From Asterias rubens (Eukaryota), in NCBI RefSeq assembly GCF_902459465.1, contig NC_047073.1, positions 3,038,001 to 3,102,000 of the forward strand: DNA of 64,000 nucleotides, written 5' to 3'. Positions 52,066-64,000 of this stretch are shown here, in pieces. A model generated the notes under the pieces. That model made no database searches and was not told where the DNA came from. It worked only from the letters and a program-made list of their open reading frames with translations. Position 1 is the first letter of the stretch; each line of letters begins with the position of its first letter. The translations under genes and the position numbers were made by a program.

Positions 52066-55000
52066 ATGGGCAGAATGACGTCAGCTTTGCTGACGATTTA
52101 CGGAAAGATGTCGAGAACATATGTTGTTTTTATAATGAGTGCCGTGGTTTTAGTTCTTGTCCAGCTTTATGTCCTTTATGAGTCTAATTTGACTGCAATC
52201 CAACAACAGACTCCACCCAAACCACAATACAGCAGTGGTGCTCGAGAGCAGAAGCCCAATATACTGTTTCTACTAGTGGACGACTTGGGTTTTAATGATG
52301 TAAGTTACCACGGAAAGGACGGTGGATCCGCCATCAAAACTCCTACAATAGATGCACTGGCTAAACAAGGTGTCAAATTAGAGAATTACTATGTGCAACC
52401 TCTTTGTTCACCAACCAGGAGCCAGCTTATGACCGGCAGGTATCAGGTAATATGGGTTCTTTATTTCACAGGTAGTTAGATAGCATAGACAGACACAAAG
52501 TTACCATTCAATTCATTAGTTGTTTATCAATGTGCTGTTTTTTATTACCTAGGCATTTCCTTAATGTATACATTTTGATGCATACATTTTAACGCATTAT
52601 TTTAACCCGTTAAAACGGGTTCCCCTTTTATTTTTAAAAATGTACATTTTCGCAGTTCTGCAAAGTGATTTTGTTGACAACTTGATCCTTGTTGCACATT
52701 ATTTTCCAAGTCGTTTTCTCCAGCGAACTCATTACAAATAAAATTAAGGTTTTTTTTTAGGTCAAAAAAATATGCCAGCGTTTTGCTTCAACATACTCTG
52801 GTGAAATATGCTCTTAATTTATGGTTTTCTGCAAACGGTTTAAGTCTTCAATTTTGTTGTATCATTTTTAGCAACTCACCCAATGGTTTTAATTTACGAA
52901 ATGTACTCAAACATAAAAGTGTCGGAGGCTTTCCTAAACTGATATTGGAAGTTCCTCATTTCATGTTGGAAGCACTTTAAGACATGGTGTATAAAGCGCC
53001 CTATAAAAACCGAATAATTATTCTTAAATAACTATAATAACTAAAATTGATTTCCTAGATACGCATGGGTATTCAACATTACTTATTTGAGCACACCAGA
53101 CCACAATGTTTACCTGAGGATGAAGTAACGTTACCACAGAAGCTGAAGGAGGTTGGTTACTCCACCCATGCCCTGGGGAAATGGCACCTGGGGTTTTGTC
53201 GCAAATCTTGTTTACCAACCAGCCGGGGATTTGACACTTTTTTCGGTGAGTTAAAAAACAGACAGAAAACCAAAGCGATAATTTAAAGAGAGTGGACTCT
53301 AAATTGTCAAAGACCAGTCCCCTCATCACTGGGTGTATCTCAACATGCATGATATAACAAACCGGTGAAAATTTCAGCTAAATTGGTCGTCGAAGTTGCC
53401 AGACAATAATTTAAGAAAAAAACACCCTTGTCACACTAGGTTGTGTGCTCTGCTGTTAGATGATTGATTTCGAGACCTCAAATTCTAAATCTGAGGTCTT
53501 GAAATCATATTCGTGAAAAATTACTTCTTTCTCGAAAATTACGTCACTTCAGAGGGGAGCCGTTTCTCACAATGTTTTATACTATCAACCTCTCCCCATT
53601 ACTCGATACCAGATAAGGTTTAATGCTAATAATTATTTTGAGTAATTACCAATAGTGTCCACTGCCTTTGATTGAACACTCTACTATAAGTATCTTGACA
53701 CGCACAACTTTGGTATGAGTCCTTCTGCATTTCCTCTACCTTCATTGTAATTGTTTGGTTCCCAATAATTGTTTATGTTACTAATAAGTGTCCGTCCTTC
53801 TACCAGACCTCTGATTGGCCTTCATAAAACCCTACAACTAATAAGCACGCTTAGCACATCACAGTTGCACTTTTTACTTTTGCTTGGGCTCACAAACTCT
53901 GAGGTTAAAATTGAACGAAGTGCCCTAATGAAAATGTTGTTGAAGGACCCGCTGCTAAGCATAGGATCCGAACTGCCTCTAGCTGCCATCGTTGCTTTCA
54001 TCGTCACCATGTTGCGTGGTGGTTGTGATGCCAGCATCAACTTTATTTTGGCTGTCATATTCCGCGTCTGATTTCCTGTTTTCTTTCCTCTTGGCGTGCG
54101 TAGTGTGTACAAAAAAGTGGGTGTTCCAGCTTCCTCTTGTCCTTAAAGGGTGCGTTTGTTTAGCTCCCCAGGGTCGACCCCGGTGCGTGGCGATTTTTTT
54201 TAACCAGGACGAACGTGGGTAATTATCTGCACACACTCGTCCTGGGAAAAAAAACCGCCACACACCGGCGTCGACCCAGGGAAGCTAAACGAACGCACCC
54301 AATTGTTCAAACAACAGCCTCGATGTGGGCAATCACGGTCTTCTGTTGACCACGGTTCCCTTACTGGGAGTGTGAAGCCACCAATCTTGATAGCACGGTT
54401 TTTCGTTTCTGCATTAAATACAAGAACCCGGTTTTTTTTTTTTGGGGGGGGGGGTATGGGATTTGGTGCTACGTTTAGGAAACAAATATACATGAGAGAT
54501 TTAAACACCCAGTTTGCTTTCTGCCGGGTTAATAACAAATCTACTGATAATTGTAGATTCGTTAAAAAAAATCGACACTTTCATCAATAGAGCGACGTCA
54601 CATAATTAGTTTAACCATTTAGCCACTGTACCGCCCAGCCGCATATAGCGATACACTGTATGCGGTACGAGGAAACCTCGCTAGCTTGTGTTTGTAGAAA
54701 AAAAGGAACATCAAAAGAAAACTCGATAGTCATTAGTAGGTCTACGCATTTGTTAATATATCTAGTTATTATAGATCGTTATTAATTCTCCCTTCACAGT
54801 TGACTTGTCGAAGCTAATGATGATGAAATAATTTAGCTCTTACGAAAAATAAAACGCTCATTAGTAAACAGGAAACTGTTCATCATTTATGATGATATTG
54901 TCGAAAATTAACGCCTTCGCATTTAATCAGTATGAGCATTGAGCCAGACAAAAGCCTTGAAAAGCTATTGTGTTCATTTTATCCGTGCACAAAAATATTC

Positions 55001-58000
55001 GCCATAAAAATTACCGTAGCCGTTTAACGAGAGGCATTTATTGTTCCCATGAGAACTTGTACTTTTATACAAATATTACCGAAACGGTAAAAAATTGTGC
55101 ATACACATTAAGCCATGGCTATCTTTTAAAATTTGAACTACGATTCCAGTAATTTACTGCAAGAATCTTGAGAAATTGGATTTCAGCAAACTCGGGCGGT
55201 GCAGGGACTAAAGGGTTAAATCCGTATAAGTGTATTAGTACACACTTTGAAAGAAGCAGTATTTATTAAAGTAAAACGATTGTGTCTTGTATAAAATAGG
55301 TCTGTATACGGGTGGAGGAGATCATTGGTATTATAATAGAACTATGGAGAATCGCCCAACCGGCGGCGGCCATGATCTACATGATGATGACCAACTACAA
55401 CTCCGAAATGTGAACAAGTATGATGGTATATACAGTGCTGAGCTATTCACTTCACGAGCACAGCAAATAATAAGACAGCATCACAAAAGAACGGTAAGGT
55501 TCAGCCTAAAAGTTATTTTATAACGGTGCCGAAGTCACACATAGCGCACGTATCTACCAAAAAAGGTACTCAAGGCGCTGAGTATATACAAACTTTCAGA
55601 AAGATAGGTTGTTGAAGTGATGGATTCTGACACCCAATTATGTAGCACCATGTAAGGGTTTACAAGGTGCTACGGCGCATACAGCAGCCACAGCCAGGAT
55701 TGAACACCGGGGCGAACCCCACTTTTCGATAGGCGCACTGGGATCTTTTGCATGCGTTACACAACACACGGGACCAACGGCTTTACGTCCCATCCGAAGA
55801 ACGAAGCAATGGCTATGTGTCTTGGCTGGAGTTTCAACCCCTTATGTATTTATTTTGTTCTTTCCCTCTATCTCTACGCAGCCTTTCTTCTTGTACCTGG
55901 CCTATAAAAATGTTCACTCTCCACTCCAAGCTCCAAATCGTTACACGTCATTATATAAAGACACCATTGTGAATGGGCGGAGACGAACCTACGCTGGAAT
56001 GGTCAGTGCAGTCGATGAAAGTGTCCGCAATTTAACACGAACTCTAAAGGCAAACAGACTTTGGAACAATACAATCATAATCTTTTCCACAGGTAATTTG
56101 TTATGTTTGTATAACATTAAAGCTGGCATTAATTAGGTATAATAATATTTGTTTGTATTTTGTTTGTTTAATGCAAGCAATAAACGTCCTACATGTTAAC
56201 ATTCTTGCTGTACTCATGTCACGAAGCTGTAAAACTGAATTTTGTCGGATTTGCTTAAAGGCTGGCTCACACTATATGACAAATAGCTGCGATTTGCAAT
56301 TTTGAATTTGCCGCCAATCATCGTGTGTTGCCGTCAGTTGTCGCTGACGAATCCGCTAGCGACCGCAGACGGCCGTAAAAATCAGTCATGGTCCGTCGGC
56401 AAATTTTCAACATGTTGAACATTTTGTGGCGGCAAACGTAAAAATCGTTGTGATTCCGTTCAGGTTTCGTTTGAGAACGCAACCCTCATTTCCTTGACGC
56501 AGACGGCCGCAATTATCAGTCGCTTTACATTTCTTTGCCGTGCGATTCCGTCTCTAGTCGTCTCTAGTCGTTTTGAGGTCGTCACAATTTCGTTGGTAGT
56601 CGATTGCGTGAGTGGATGAACTCGACTATGGGGGCGTATCCGACCCCCCACAAACAGTTGTTGGTGTCGGCCGTTGAGTCACGTCATCGTCGCCGCAACC
56701 AACCGTCAGCCGCCATTCCTCGCAGTCAGCCAATCCGCTGCCAGCCGTCTGAGCTTGTTCCTTGATGTCGAGTTTCCCCTTTTGTGCCGTCGCTTTGCCG
56801 TCAACGTGTTGAGATTTTCACGTCCGTCATCTTCCTTTTTGGGTCTTTGCTGCTACTGTGAGCAAGCCTTTGCAATGGTCTTTATATCAAAATGTACAAC
56901 ACATGTTAACCGAGCTGGCGAACTTGTTTCCCAAGCTAGATTTGTTTGTACTTGGGTCATTATATGTTTTGATGATCTCAAGGACCACTATATTGCTTTT
57001 TCATTTTTACAAAGTTTCGTTTTACGTCTGTTTTTATTGTAGATAATGGAGGTTCTTTATATCAGTATGGTAACAATTGGCCTTTGCGTGGCGGGAAGAG
57101 CGTGTTAAACGAAGGTGGAGTTCGCGCTGTAGGTTTCGTCAGTAGTCCGCTACTTCCAGAAGTCATACGAGGCACGGTCAACAGAGAACTTATACACGTC
57201 AGTGATTGGTTCCCGACTATTGTTCAGAGCATTGCAGGTGGGCATATCAACGGGACCAAACCTCTCGATGGATACGATGTTTGGCGATCCATCAGGCAAG
57301 ATATTAATTTTGGTTCATATATAGACCTTATGCACATGACGTCATTTCAGTAGGGCGCCCTCACCTAGGGGTCAAAAGGAGGTTGTTCATTGGCCAATCC
57401 TGTGCGACGCGCGTACAAATCTGTGCGTTTCGATTGTTTCGTCACCGTTTTCAACTAAGATGGCCGCTGTATGACGTCAATGCATAATGTCTATTAGTAT
57501 AGGCTGTGCAAGTCTCACGTGTTTTCGAAATTCCTATAGTTTTACGTGCACGCGGTGTGTCCCTCCATTAGTTAAAGCCAGTGGACACTATTGGTAATTG
57601 TCAAAGACCAGTCTTCTCACTTGCTGTATCTCAACATATGCATAAAATAACAAACCTGTGAAAATTTGAGCTCGATTGGTCGTCGGAGTTGCGAGATAAC
57701 TATGGAAGAAAAAAAAACACCCTTGTCACACGACGTTGTGTGCTTTCAGATGCTTGATTTCGGGACCTCAAATTCTAAAACTTGAGGTCTCGAAATCAAA
57801 TCCGTGGAAAATTACTTGTTCCTCGAAAACTACTCCACTTCAGAGGGAGCTGTTTCTCACAATGTTTTATACTATCAACCTCTCCCCATTACTCGTTACC
57901 AAGTAAGGTTTTATGCTAATAATTATTTTGAGTAATTACCAATAGTGCCCACTGCCTTTAATATCGTAGTCAATGGCTTTACGAAAAATATCGTAATGTT

Positions 58001-60356
58001 GAGAAATTGACATTTTGCAACGACGAACATGTTTAAGAAAGTAAAGTGAGTTTCCGTTTCTAAACTGACTTGGTTTTATAATAACTACAAATCTAATGTA
58101 AAAGGCCTGCTTGCACAAACGCAGGCGTGACTGGCAATTTAACAAGCTTTCAAATACGCAACCTCGTCTCTATTTTCAAATTTGTGGCAACGTTAATAAG
58201 TAACATATTGTTTGTGTTATATAAAAAGTTGAATTGTATGTATGCAATTACCAACATATCCTGGGTATTTTTACATTAAAAATTTTTGTACAAATTCAAG
58301 TTGAAAGAATCCTTCACAGAAAATCGTAGTCTTCGTTTGAGTTGTTTTCTTGATTAAGATACAACCGAGAAATGCACAGTATATTGTGTTTATAATTATT
58401 TGCTACCCTTTAAGAGTGTAGCGAATTCTGCATTTTCGGGGGGGGGGGGGTTCCGTTGTACTTTTTCCACGATTGTTTTGCGCTCTTCCGCCTGAACCGT
58501 GTAAACTAAAGGATGTGGCTAAACTCTAGGATCGATCCTAAGGTAGAAAGAAGAGTTTGTGAAATCGACCCTAGGAAATTGTGCCGACTGATAATGTCTC
58601 CCTTAACGTTGTTCTACTCAAATGAGAATAAATTCCTGTCATTGAAGCGGAAATATTTTTCTTAGCCCATATACGCACTGAGTTCTATTTTTAGAGATCG
58701 ATGAGAGCAAGCAAGGCAGCTGTGTTAAAGTGAATTGGTCCCTGGTCCAAAACATTCCGTTGAGCACCAACATGGGAAGCGAGAGAAAACGTGCCGGTTG
58801 AAATGGATATAAATCATCATCACTCGTCACCGCAAAAAATAGAGATTGTAAAAGATATATAAGGCCGGCTACCATACTCATTATATATATATATTCCTGA
58901 ACATCCTTTGTCCTCATCCACTTTACTCCTATTGGTTCATGTTTCTCAAATGAAAACTGGCTATAATTTTCCCGCCTTTTTGCATGGTCCTTCCCTTAAT
59001 CCCTTTCCCCTCTTAAAAAAAAAATAGATATGTATTTGTTTGTACTTGTTTTTGCGTACAGTGTCCAGTGTCTTTAAACTTTGAATCTCTAACGCATTCT
59101 TTGTATTACTTTGACTGACAGTGAAGGAGCTAAGTCTCCTCGTCTTGAGATTCTTCATAATATTGATCCTCTCTATGACCAAGCTGAGCTTAATGCTGAT
59201 GATTATGAGTTCTTAGACTCACTCCCCGGGGACTTCATGTTTAATCCCAGCATACGAGCTGCAATAAGAGTCGGTGATTGGAAGTTACTCACTGGATATT
59301 CGGGTATGTAACACAATAACAATAAAACAAGGCAAACCGATTCAGTCGCAATTTCTAATAGTGATAAATAACAATATCGAAGTCTTATATAGCGCACGTA
59401 TTTACCAAACAAGGTACTCAAGGCGCTGAGTTTATACAAACTTTTAGAAAGATAGGTTATTGCCATGATGAATTCTGAGACCCAAAGGGTTTATAAGGTG
59501 ATACAGCAACCACAGCCAGAAACACCGGGGCGAACCCCTTCTCTTTTCGATAAGTGCACTGGATTCTTTTACATGCGTTACACAACACATAGGACCAACG
59601 ACTTTACGTCCCAACCGAAGGACGAAAATGGGGTGGGGGTGCGAATCTACAAGAAAATGTACACCGCCCACTCCACATCGATGCGGTGAGCAAATTTAAG
59701 CTGTTTTGGACCACTTGAACCATTGTTAAGCTTTAATAAACCATGTTTCTAAGGTGCTTCACTTTTCATGGTTTTATAAAACCATAATTTGTTAACAATA
59801 ATTATGGCTTAAATTGTTATGGTTTATAAACCATATTTTTGCAAAGGTGCTTAAATTGTCATGTTTATAAAAAAGAGAGCTTTGATTGTATACTCAATTT
59901 AAACCACGACCAGAATTGACAACTAATTGTAACAAACCATTGTTAAAACCGCTAAACAGTATTATCAATAGCAAACGGCGCCCCATCTTTCAACTGTCAC
60001 GTTCCCACAGCGAGGTCCGCTCCCACCCCGAATGTTTTTCTATAGTTGTTAATTTCTAGTTCCATCATCTTTATCATTCAGGTTGTAAACATTGGCAAAG
60101 ACCTGCAGAATCTCCTGGTCTGATTCCCGTCCCAACGTGTCCAGGCTTCAAAGACCATATTCAACTTTACAACATCAAGTATGATCCAAAAGAGACATGT
60201 AATGTTGCGAAAGACCACAAGGATGTTGTGTTGAAGCTTTTACGTCGCTTGCAGCACTATCAATCATCTGCTAAACCGGTGTACTATCCGCCTATTGATC
60301 GTCGAGCAGATCCACAGCGGCATGGTGGCGTCTGGGTTCCATACATTGGTGGTTGA
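52066..60356 (+). CDS. Arylsulfatase B/I/J-like sulfatase, about 560 aa, 7 coding exons
   Basis: Exons 52066-52446, 53059-53245, 55300-55493, 55882-56092, 57043-57295, 59122-59303 and 60082-60356 total 1683 nt. Motifs: [12 protein letters not shown], FGly motif [52 protein letters not shown]. Intron 5 is GC-AG. Confidence 0.93.
53283..53671. mobile_element. R1 family MITE in sulfatase intron 2
   Basis: R1 internal sequence with 3' end CCAATAGTGTCCACTGCCTTTGA. Confidence 0.8.
54147..54300. mobile_element. R3 family palindromic MITE
   Basis: GGGTGCGTTTGTTTAGCT ... AGCTAAACGAACGCACCC. Confidence 0.75.
55540..55835 (-). mobile_element. SINE body fragment, same family as 12147-12490
   Basis: Shared sequence ATAGCGCACGTATCTACC...CCATCCGAA(G)GACGAAGCAATGG. 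Confidence 0.7.
57321..57494. mobile_element. MITE with TGACGTCA inside both TIRs
   Basis: ATAGACCTTATGCACATGACGTCA ... TGACGTCAATGCATAATGTCTAT; a relative lies at 39776-39879. Confidence 0.65.
57572..57961. mobile_element. R1 family MITE, full length
   Basis: TTAAAGCCAGTGGACACTATTGGTAATT ... AATTACCAATAGTGCCCACTGCCTTTAA. Confidence 0.85.
59370..59625 (-). mobile_element. SINE body fragment, same family as 12147-12490
   Basis: Shared body sequence. Confidence 0.7.
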
Positions 60357-60361
60357 TCTTT

Positions 60362-60577
60362 AGGGCCTTGTCACACGAGGCAACTTTTGCACGCAACTTG
60401 GATGCAACCAACTGCAGTGCATACTACATGACCACTTTGGTATTACACAAGTCATTTTCCCAACATTGTCTTACGATCCACAAGAGAAATAGGTGAACAC
60501 TCAAATGTGAATGCCTTTTCTTCATGGAGATTGCCTGGAACTGGTTGCCTGTAAATTGCCTCGTGTGACATGGCCCT
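60362..60577. mobile_element. Harbinger-like MITE just downstream of the sulfatase stop codon
   Basis: TIRs AGGGCCTTGTCACACGAGGCAA / TTGCCTCGTGTGACATGGCCCT. Confidence 0.65.
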
Positions 60578-61139
60578 CGTTTGATAAGCTTCCCCGGGTC
60601 GACCCCGCAGTGCTCACCCGGGTGAGCCCCCGACAAGAGCTAATCGAACGATCACACTCTCCCTCTCGTGGTTAAGTCATGCACCACGGGTCATCCCACA
60701 AGCATGGCACTGGGGGCTGACCCGGGTGAGCCCTTGGAATGACGATGAAGGTGGCTGGGGTTGTAGATCATCAGGAGACCTTACTCTTACTTTGAATTGC
60801 TGTTTTTCAAATGTGTAAATTGTAATAATTGCTCTAGCCTATAAATGTACTCAAAGTAACAGCAGATGTCTGGATGTGTTTTCGGTGAATATTAATCAAT
60901 TTATTTATGAATATTCTTTTACCACACACTAAGAAAAGTGATATAATTTACATAATAGCATAATGATTAAAGAAAGTAAAATACAAGTACAGTACGATTT
61001 TGTGTGGGAATGGTGTCCAAGAAGCATCAGCTTGGCGAGTAGAGACCCCCCTCACACAATAACAAAACAAAGAACAACGCAACAATATGAAATAAACTAT
61101 TACAACTTAATTACAACTTAGATATTGGCATAGGAAGTA

Positions 61140-61400
61140 AAGTAAACTCGAGGATGGAATAAAGAAAGTCTGCTGATATTGAAATATTTGCTGATTAAAA
61201 TTGAGTTTTTAGTTTCCGCTCAATTAAGAATAAACTCTGTATTTTTTCACAGAGGTATCCAAGGAATTCCACAGCTTAGGACCTTCATGTTTGACACCTT
61301 TTTTTTTAAGTTAGTGTGGTACCAGCGAATGGTTGATGAAAATCAGTAGACTGTCTAGACGTTGGTTTTCATTTTCTTTTAGTGAATAAATGTCTTCAGA
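61140..61400 (-). mobile_element. 3' fragment of a non-LTR retrotransposon (CR1/L2-group-like)
   Basis: The minus strand reads GVKHEGPKLWNSLDTSVK, resembling the GPKLWNSLP motif at the end of LINE ORF2. Confidence 0.5.
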
Positions 61401-61471
61401 TGCCATTACAAAGCATGCTAGCCTTTTAGCCTTTTAGAAATAAATATTGCTTTTATTGATTATGAACGTAC

Positions 61472-63307
61472 TTGAAGTATTTCAGTATCCTGTTTTGGTC
61501 TTTGCTGATGAGTTTCATTTCCAACAATTCCTCGGTCAAAGCTTGGATGGATTTCTCTCTTCTCTTCAGACGTTTCTTTGTGGCACGCAGGTCTTGCTTC
61601 GTGGCTTTCAACTTGCTGTTTAAGTCGTTGATTTGGCTCACAAAATCTATCGTCTTTGAATAGTCGTGTTCCTTTATTTAGAAAGAGATTCCAAAAGCTT
61701 GTGAATTAAAGGCAGTGAACACTATTGGTAATGTTTCTAAATAATTATCAGCATAAAACCTCACTTGGTACTGAGTAATGGGGAGAGGTTGGTAGTATAA
61801 AGCATTGTGAGAAACGACTCCCTCTAAAGTGACGTAGCTTTCCATAAAGAAGTAATTTTCCACGAATTTGATTTCGAGACTTCAAGCTCAGAACTTGAGG
61901 TCTCGAAATCAACCATCTAAACGCATACAACTTTGTGTGACAAGGGTGTTTTTTCTTTCAATATTATCTCGCAACTTCGATGACCAATTGAACTAAAATT
62001 TTCACAGGCTTGTTATTTTATGTAATGTTGAGATACACCGAGTGAGAAGGCTGGGCTTTTACTACTAGTGTCCACTGTCTTTAAATGAAGCAGAATATGA
62101 ACATGAAGGAGAGAGAGAGCGCAAATAGATGTATCATGATTTATAAATAAAAAAGCAATGGTGCTGGTTTGGCTGAAGTACCGGTAGCCTACATGTTATC
62201 TTACTTGTTTAATTTTCGTGTTTAGTTGTTCCAGTGTAGGTAGAGCTCTTGGTGGTGGCGCGTCGGCTACGATGGAAGTTAATGTACTTCTTCTTACCGG
62301 AATCTTATGCATTTAAAAGTAAAGATGACATTTTAGTCAAGACTTATAACACCAAATAACATAAATACTTACTTTAATGTGTAAACTGTCATTTTAAAAG
62401 ATAAACCCTATCTGCAATAAGCGATAAAATAGCCTTCCCACCGAAACATACTGTTGAAGTGTCAAATTGATGTATAATACCTTGTTTGTTATTTCATTCA
62501 ATGGAAATAATGTCGGCTCCGCCCCCTGCTTCAGCCGCTTCATCTTATTGCCAACGACGTAGCATTTTGGTTCAAAATGATTTGAACAAAGATAGCTACA
62601 TTTTGTCTGCCACAGATTCTTTGTTTCGGGATCCATGCGGTTGACACGCACGAGCCATCTCTTTCTAAGGCACTAGTCTGGGGGGAAACCTGAGGAAAAT
62701 AATTAAAAACAATTACTAACCCTTTCCAAAAACCTTTCCGCAAAGTGTTTCTCTGCAAGAAAGGACTATGATGTGTTAAGAGACCTATAGACTTGAGACT
62801 ACGTTTTGCGTTTTTCCACAAAAAACCCCACTACATGGCTTCCACAAGACAGTATAGGCCTATATTTGGACTCCTTTTTTATGCATAAGTTCAGATACAC
62901 CAAGTGAGAAGACTGGTCTTTTTTGAAGAACGACACAATCCAATTTTGTTTTTTAATTAAAGGCCTAATATTAAATATTCGATCTATTTTATTTTAGGAC
63001 TTTCAATTTCATGACTTTGGATTTGGGTTCATCATGGCCATATCCAGAGGGCATGGATTGTGTGTCTTTAAAGATGGACACGATTGGTAATTATCTAAGA
63101 CCAGTCTTCTCACTTGGTGTATCAGTCTTGACAAATGCATAAATCACAATCCAATTTTGTTTTTAATTTTTAATTAATCTATTTAGTTAGGACTTTCGTT
63201 TGTGGTTCAATTATTGGCCATACTTACTTATGGAAAGACAATCCCTTTGTCTGACTCAGTTTTCCCTCCTCCTCCGGGCAATTAACGGCAGCGCACACCT
63301 TCACCAT
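61472..63307 (-). pseudogene. Disrupted THAP zinc finger + HCF-1-binding motif + coiled-coil gene (P-element/THAP9- or Kolobok-like N-terminus)
   Basis: Exon 63228-63307 encodes MVKVCAAVNC...GLSFH. Exon 62481-62689 encodes FPPD*CLRKRW...LCSNHF...AEPTLF. Exon 62205-62303 follows, and exon 61472-61671 encodes EHDYS plus a coiled coil. Splice sites are intact, but exon 2 is frameshifted relative to exon 1 and reaches TAG in either reading. Confidence 0.8.
61706..62084. mobile_element. R1 family MITE inserted in intron 3 of the THAP gene
   Basis: TTAAAGGCAGTGAACACTATTGGTAAT ... AGTGTCCACTGTCTTTAA. Confidence 0.8.
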
Positions 63308-64000
63308 TACCTTTTGTTAGTTTGTTTGTTTCGATCAAATTTCAATGATTATTTTACCCCAAAACGAAGAAAACTTCTCCACGTGTGCAGAAACTCCGAA
63401 GTGCATGAAGTGAACAAACGCGTCTTTCGTGGTGGGTGGTGTGTGTGACGAACGACTGAAAATGGTTTAAAACATACGCGCGTGGTCGGCACTTGGACGC
63501 AAATCCGCGCGTATAATACAAGCATAGATATAGGATTAGATCGGCCGCGCGTACATACGCGCCATTCCTGTGTAGAAAATAAAATTGTTCGCCATGGACG
63601 CGGTAAAAGTTTTACGTTCGAAAGGCGACGCGCAAAAATGAACACGAGAGATAGGCGGCAATGGCAGCCCCCCATGCCAGAACCCGCGTATGTACGCGCG
63701 GCCGATCTAGTTATTCTATTCTATATCTATGAATACAAGCCGTTGCATACGTGTATAAAAAAGTCTCGCCATGGACGCGGTAAAAATTTCACGTTCGAAA
63801 GGCGACGCGACGCGCAGAAAATGAATGCGGGAGATGGGGGGAGGGGAAGAGCCCTTATATAATCCTCTCTTCCAGTGAAAAATTTAATAACGGGCCTGGG
63901 ATAAAATAGGCCTACCGGAAAGGGAAAAAAGGGGCACATAAACCATACGGAATAGGATAGGAAAATAATAAACTGAACGCAAAGAAACCCGAATGGGAAA

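Noticed and set aside
56674-57042. 122-aa + strand ORF before sulfatase exon 5
   Set aside because: It lies in a GC-rich, Harbinger-like intronic insertion and is not needed for the sulfatase reading frame.

Overview
This is AT-rich, intron-containing animal genomic DNA. The repeat families resemble those I recall from sea stars (Asteroidea), which is an inference and not a lookup. I rebuilt gene models by hand from splice sites, exon phases and family motifs. In order: (1) the first coding exon of a probable P4HTM-like paralog running off the left edge (-); (2) a complete 10-exon P4HTM-like prolyl 4-hydroxylase of about 599 aa with signal peptide, EF-hands, HxD...H triad, an extra C-terminal region of about 150 aa and RDEL (-); (3) POLE4, divergent from it (+); (4,5) two tandem pancreatic-lipase-related genes that differ by two introns (-); (6) an orphan, low-complexity protein of about 500 aa with a Trp/Pro repeat (-); (7) an arylsulfatase B/I/J-like gene with a GC-AG intron (+); (8) a disrupted 4-exon THAP/HCF-binding-motif/coiled-coil gene (-). 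Introns and spacers are full of TTAA-flanked (Kolobok-like) and Harbinger-like MITEs and tRNA-derived SINEs. The most notable items are Penelope-type minimal hammerhead ribozyme motifs lying in sense orientation in introns of both lipase genes, the orphan repeat protein, the apparently recently broken THAP gene, and the divergent P4HTM-like architecture. I found no CRISPR array, rRNA or true tRNA gene.
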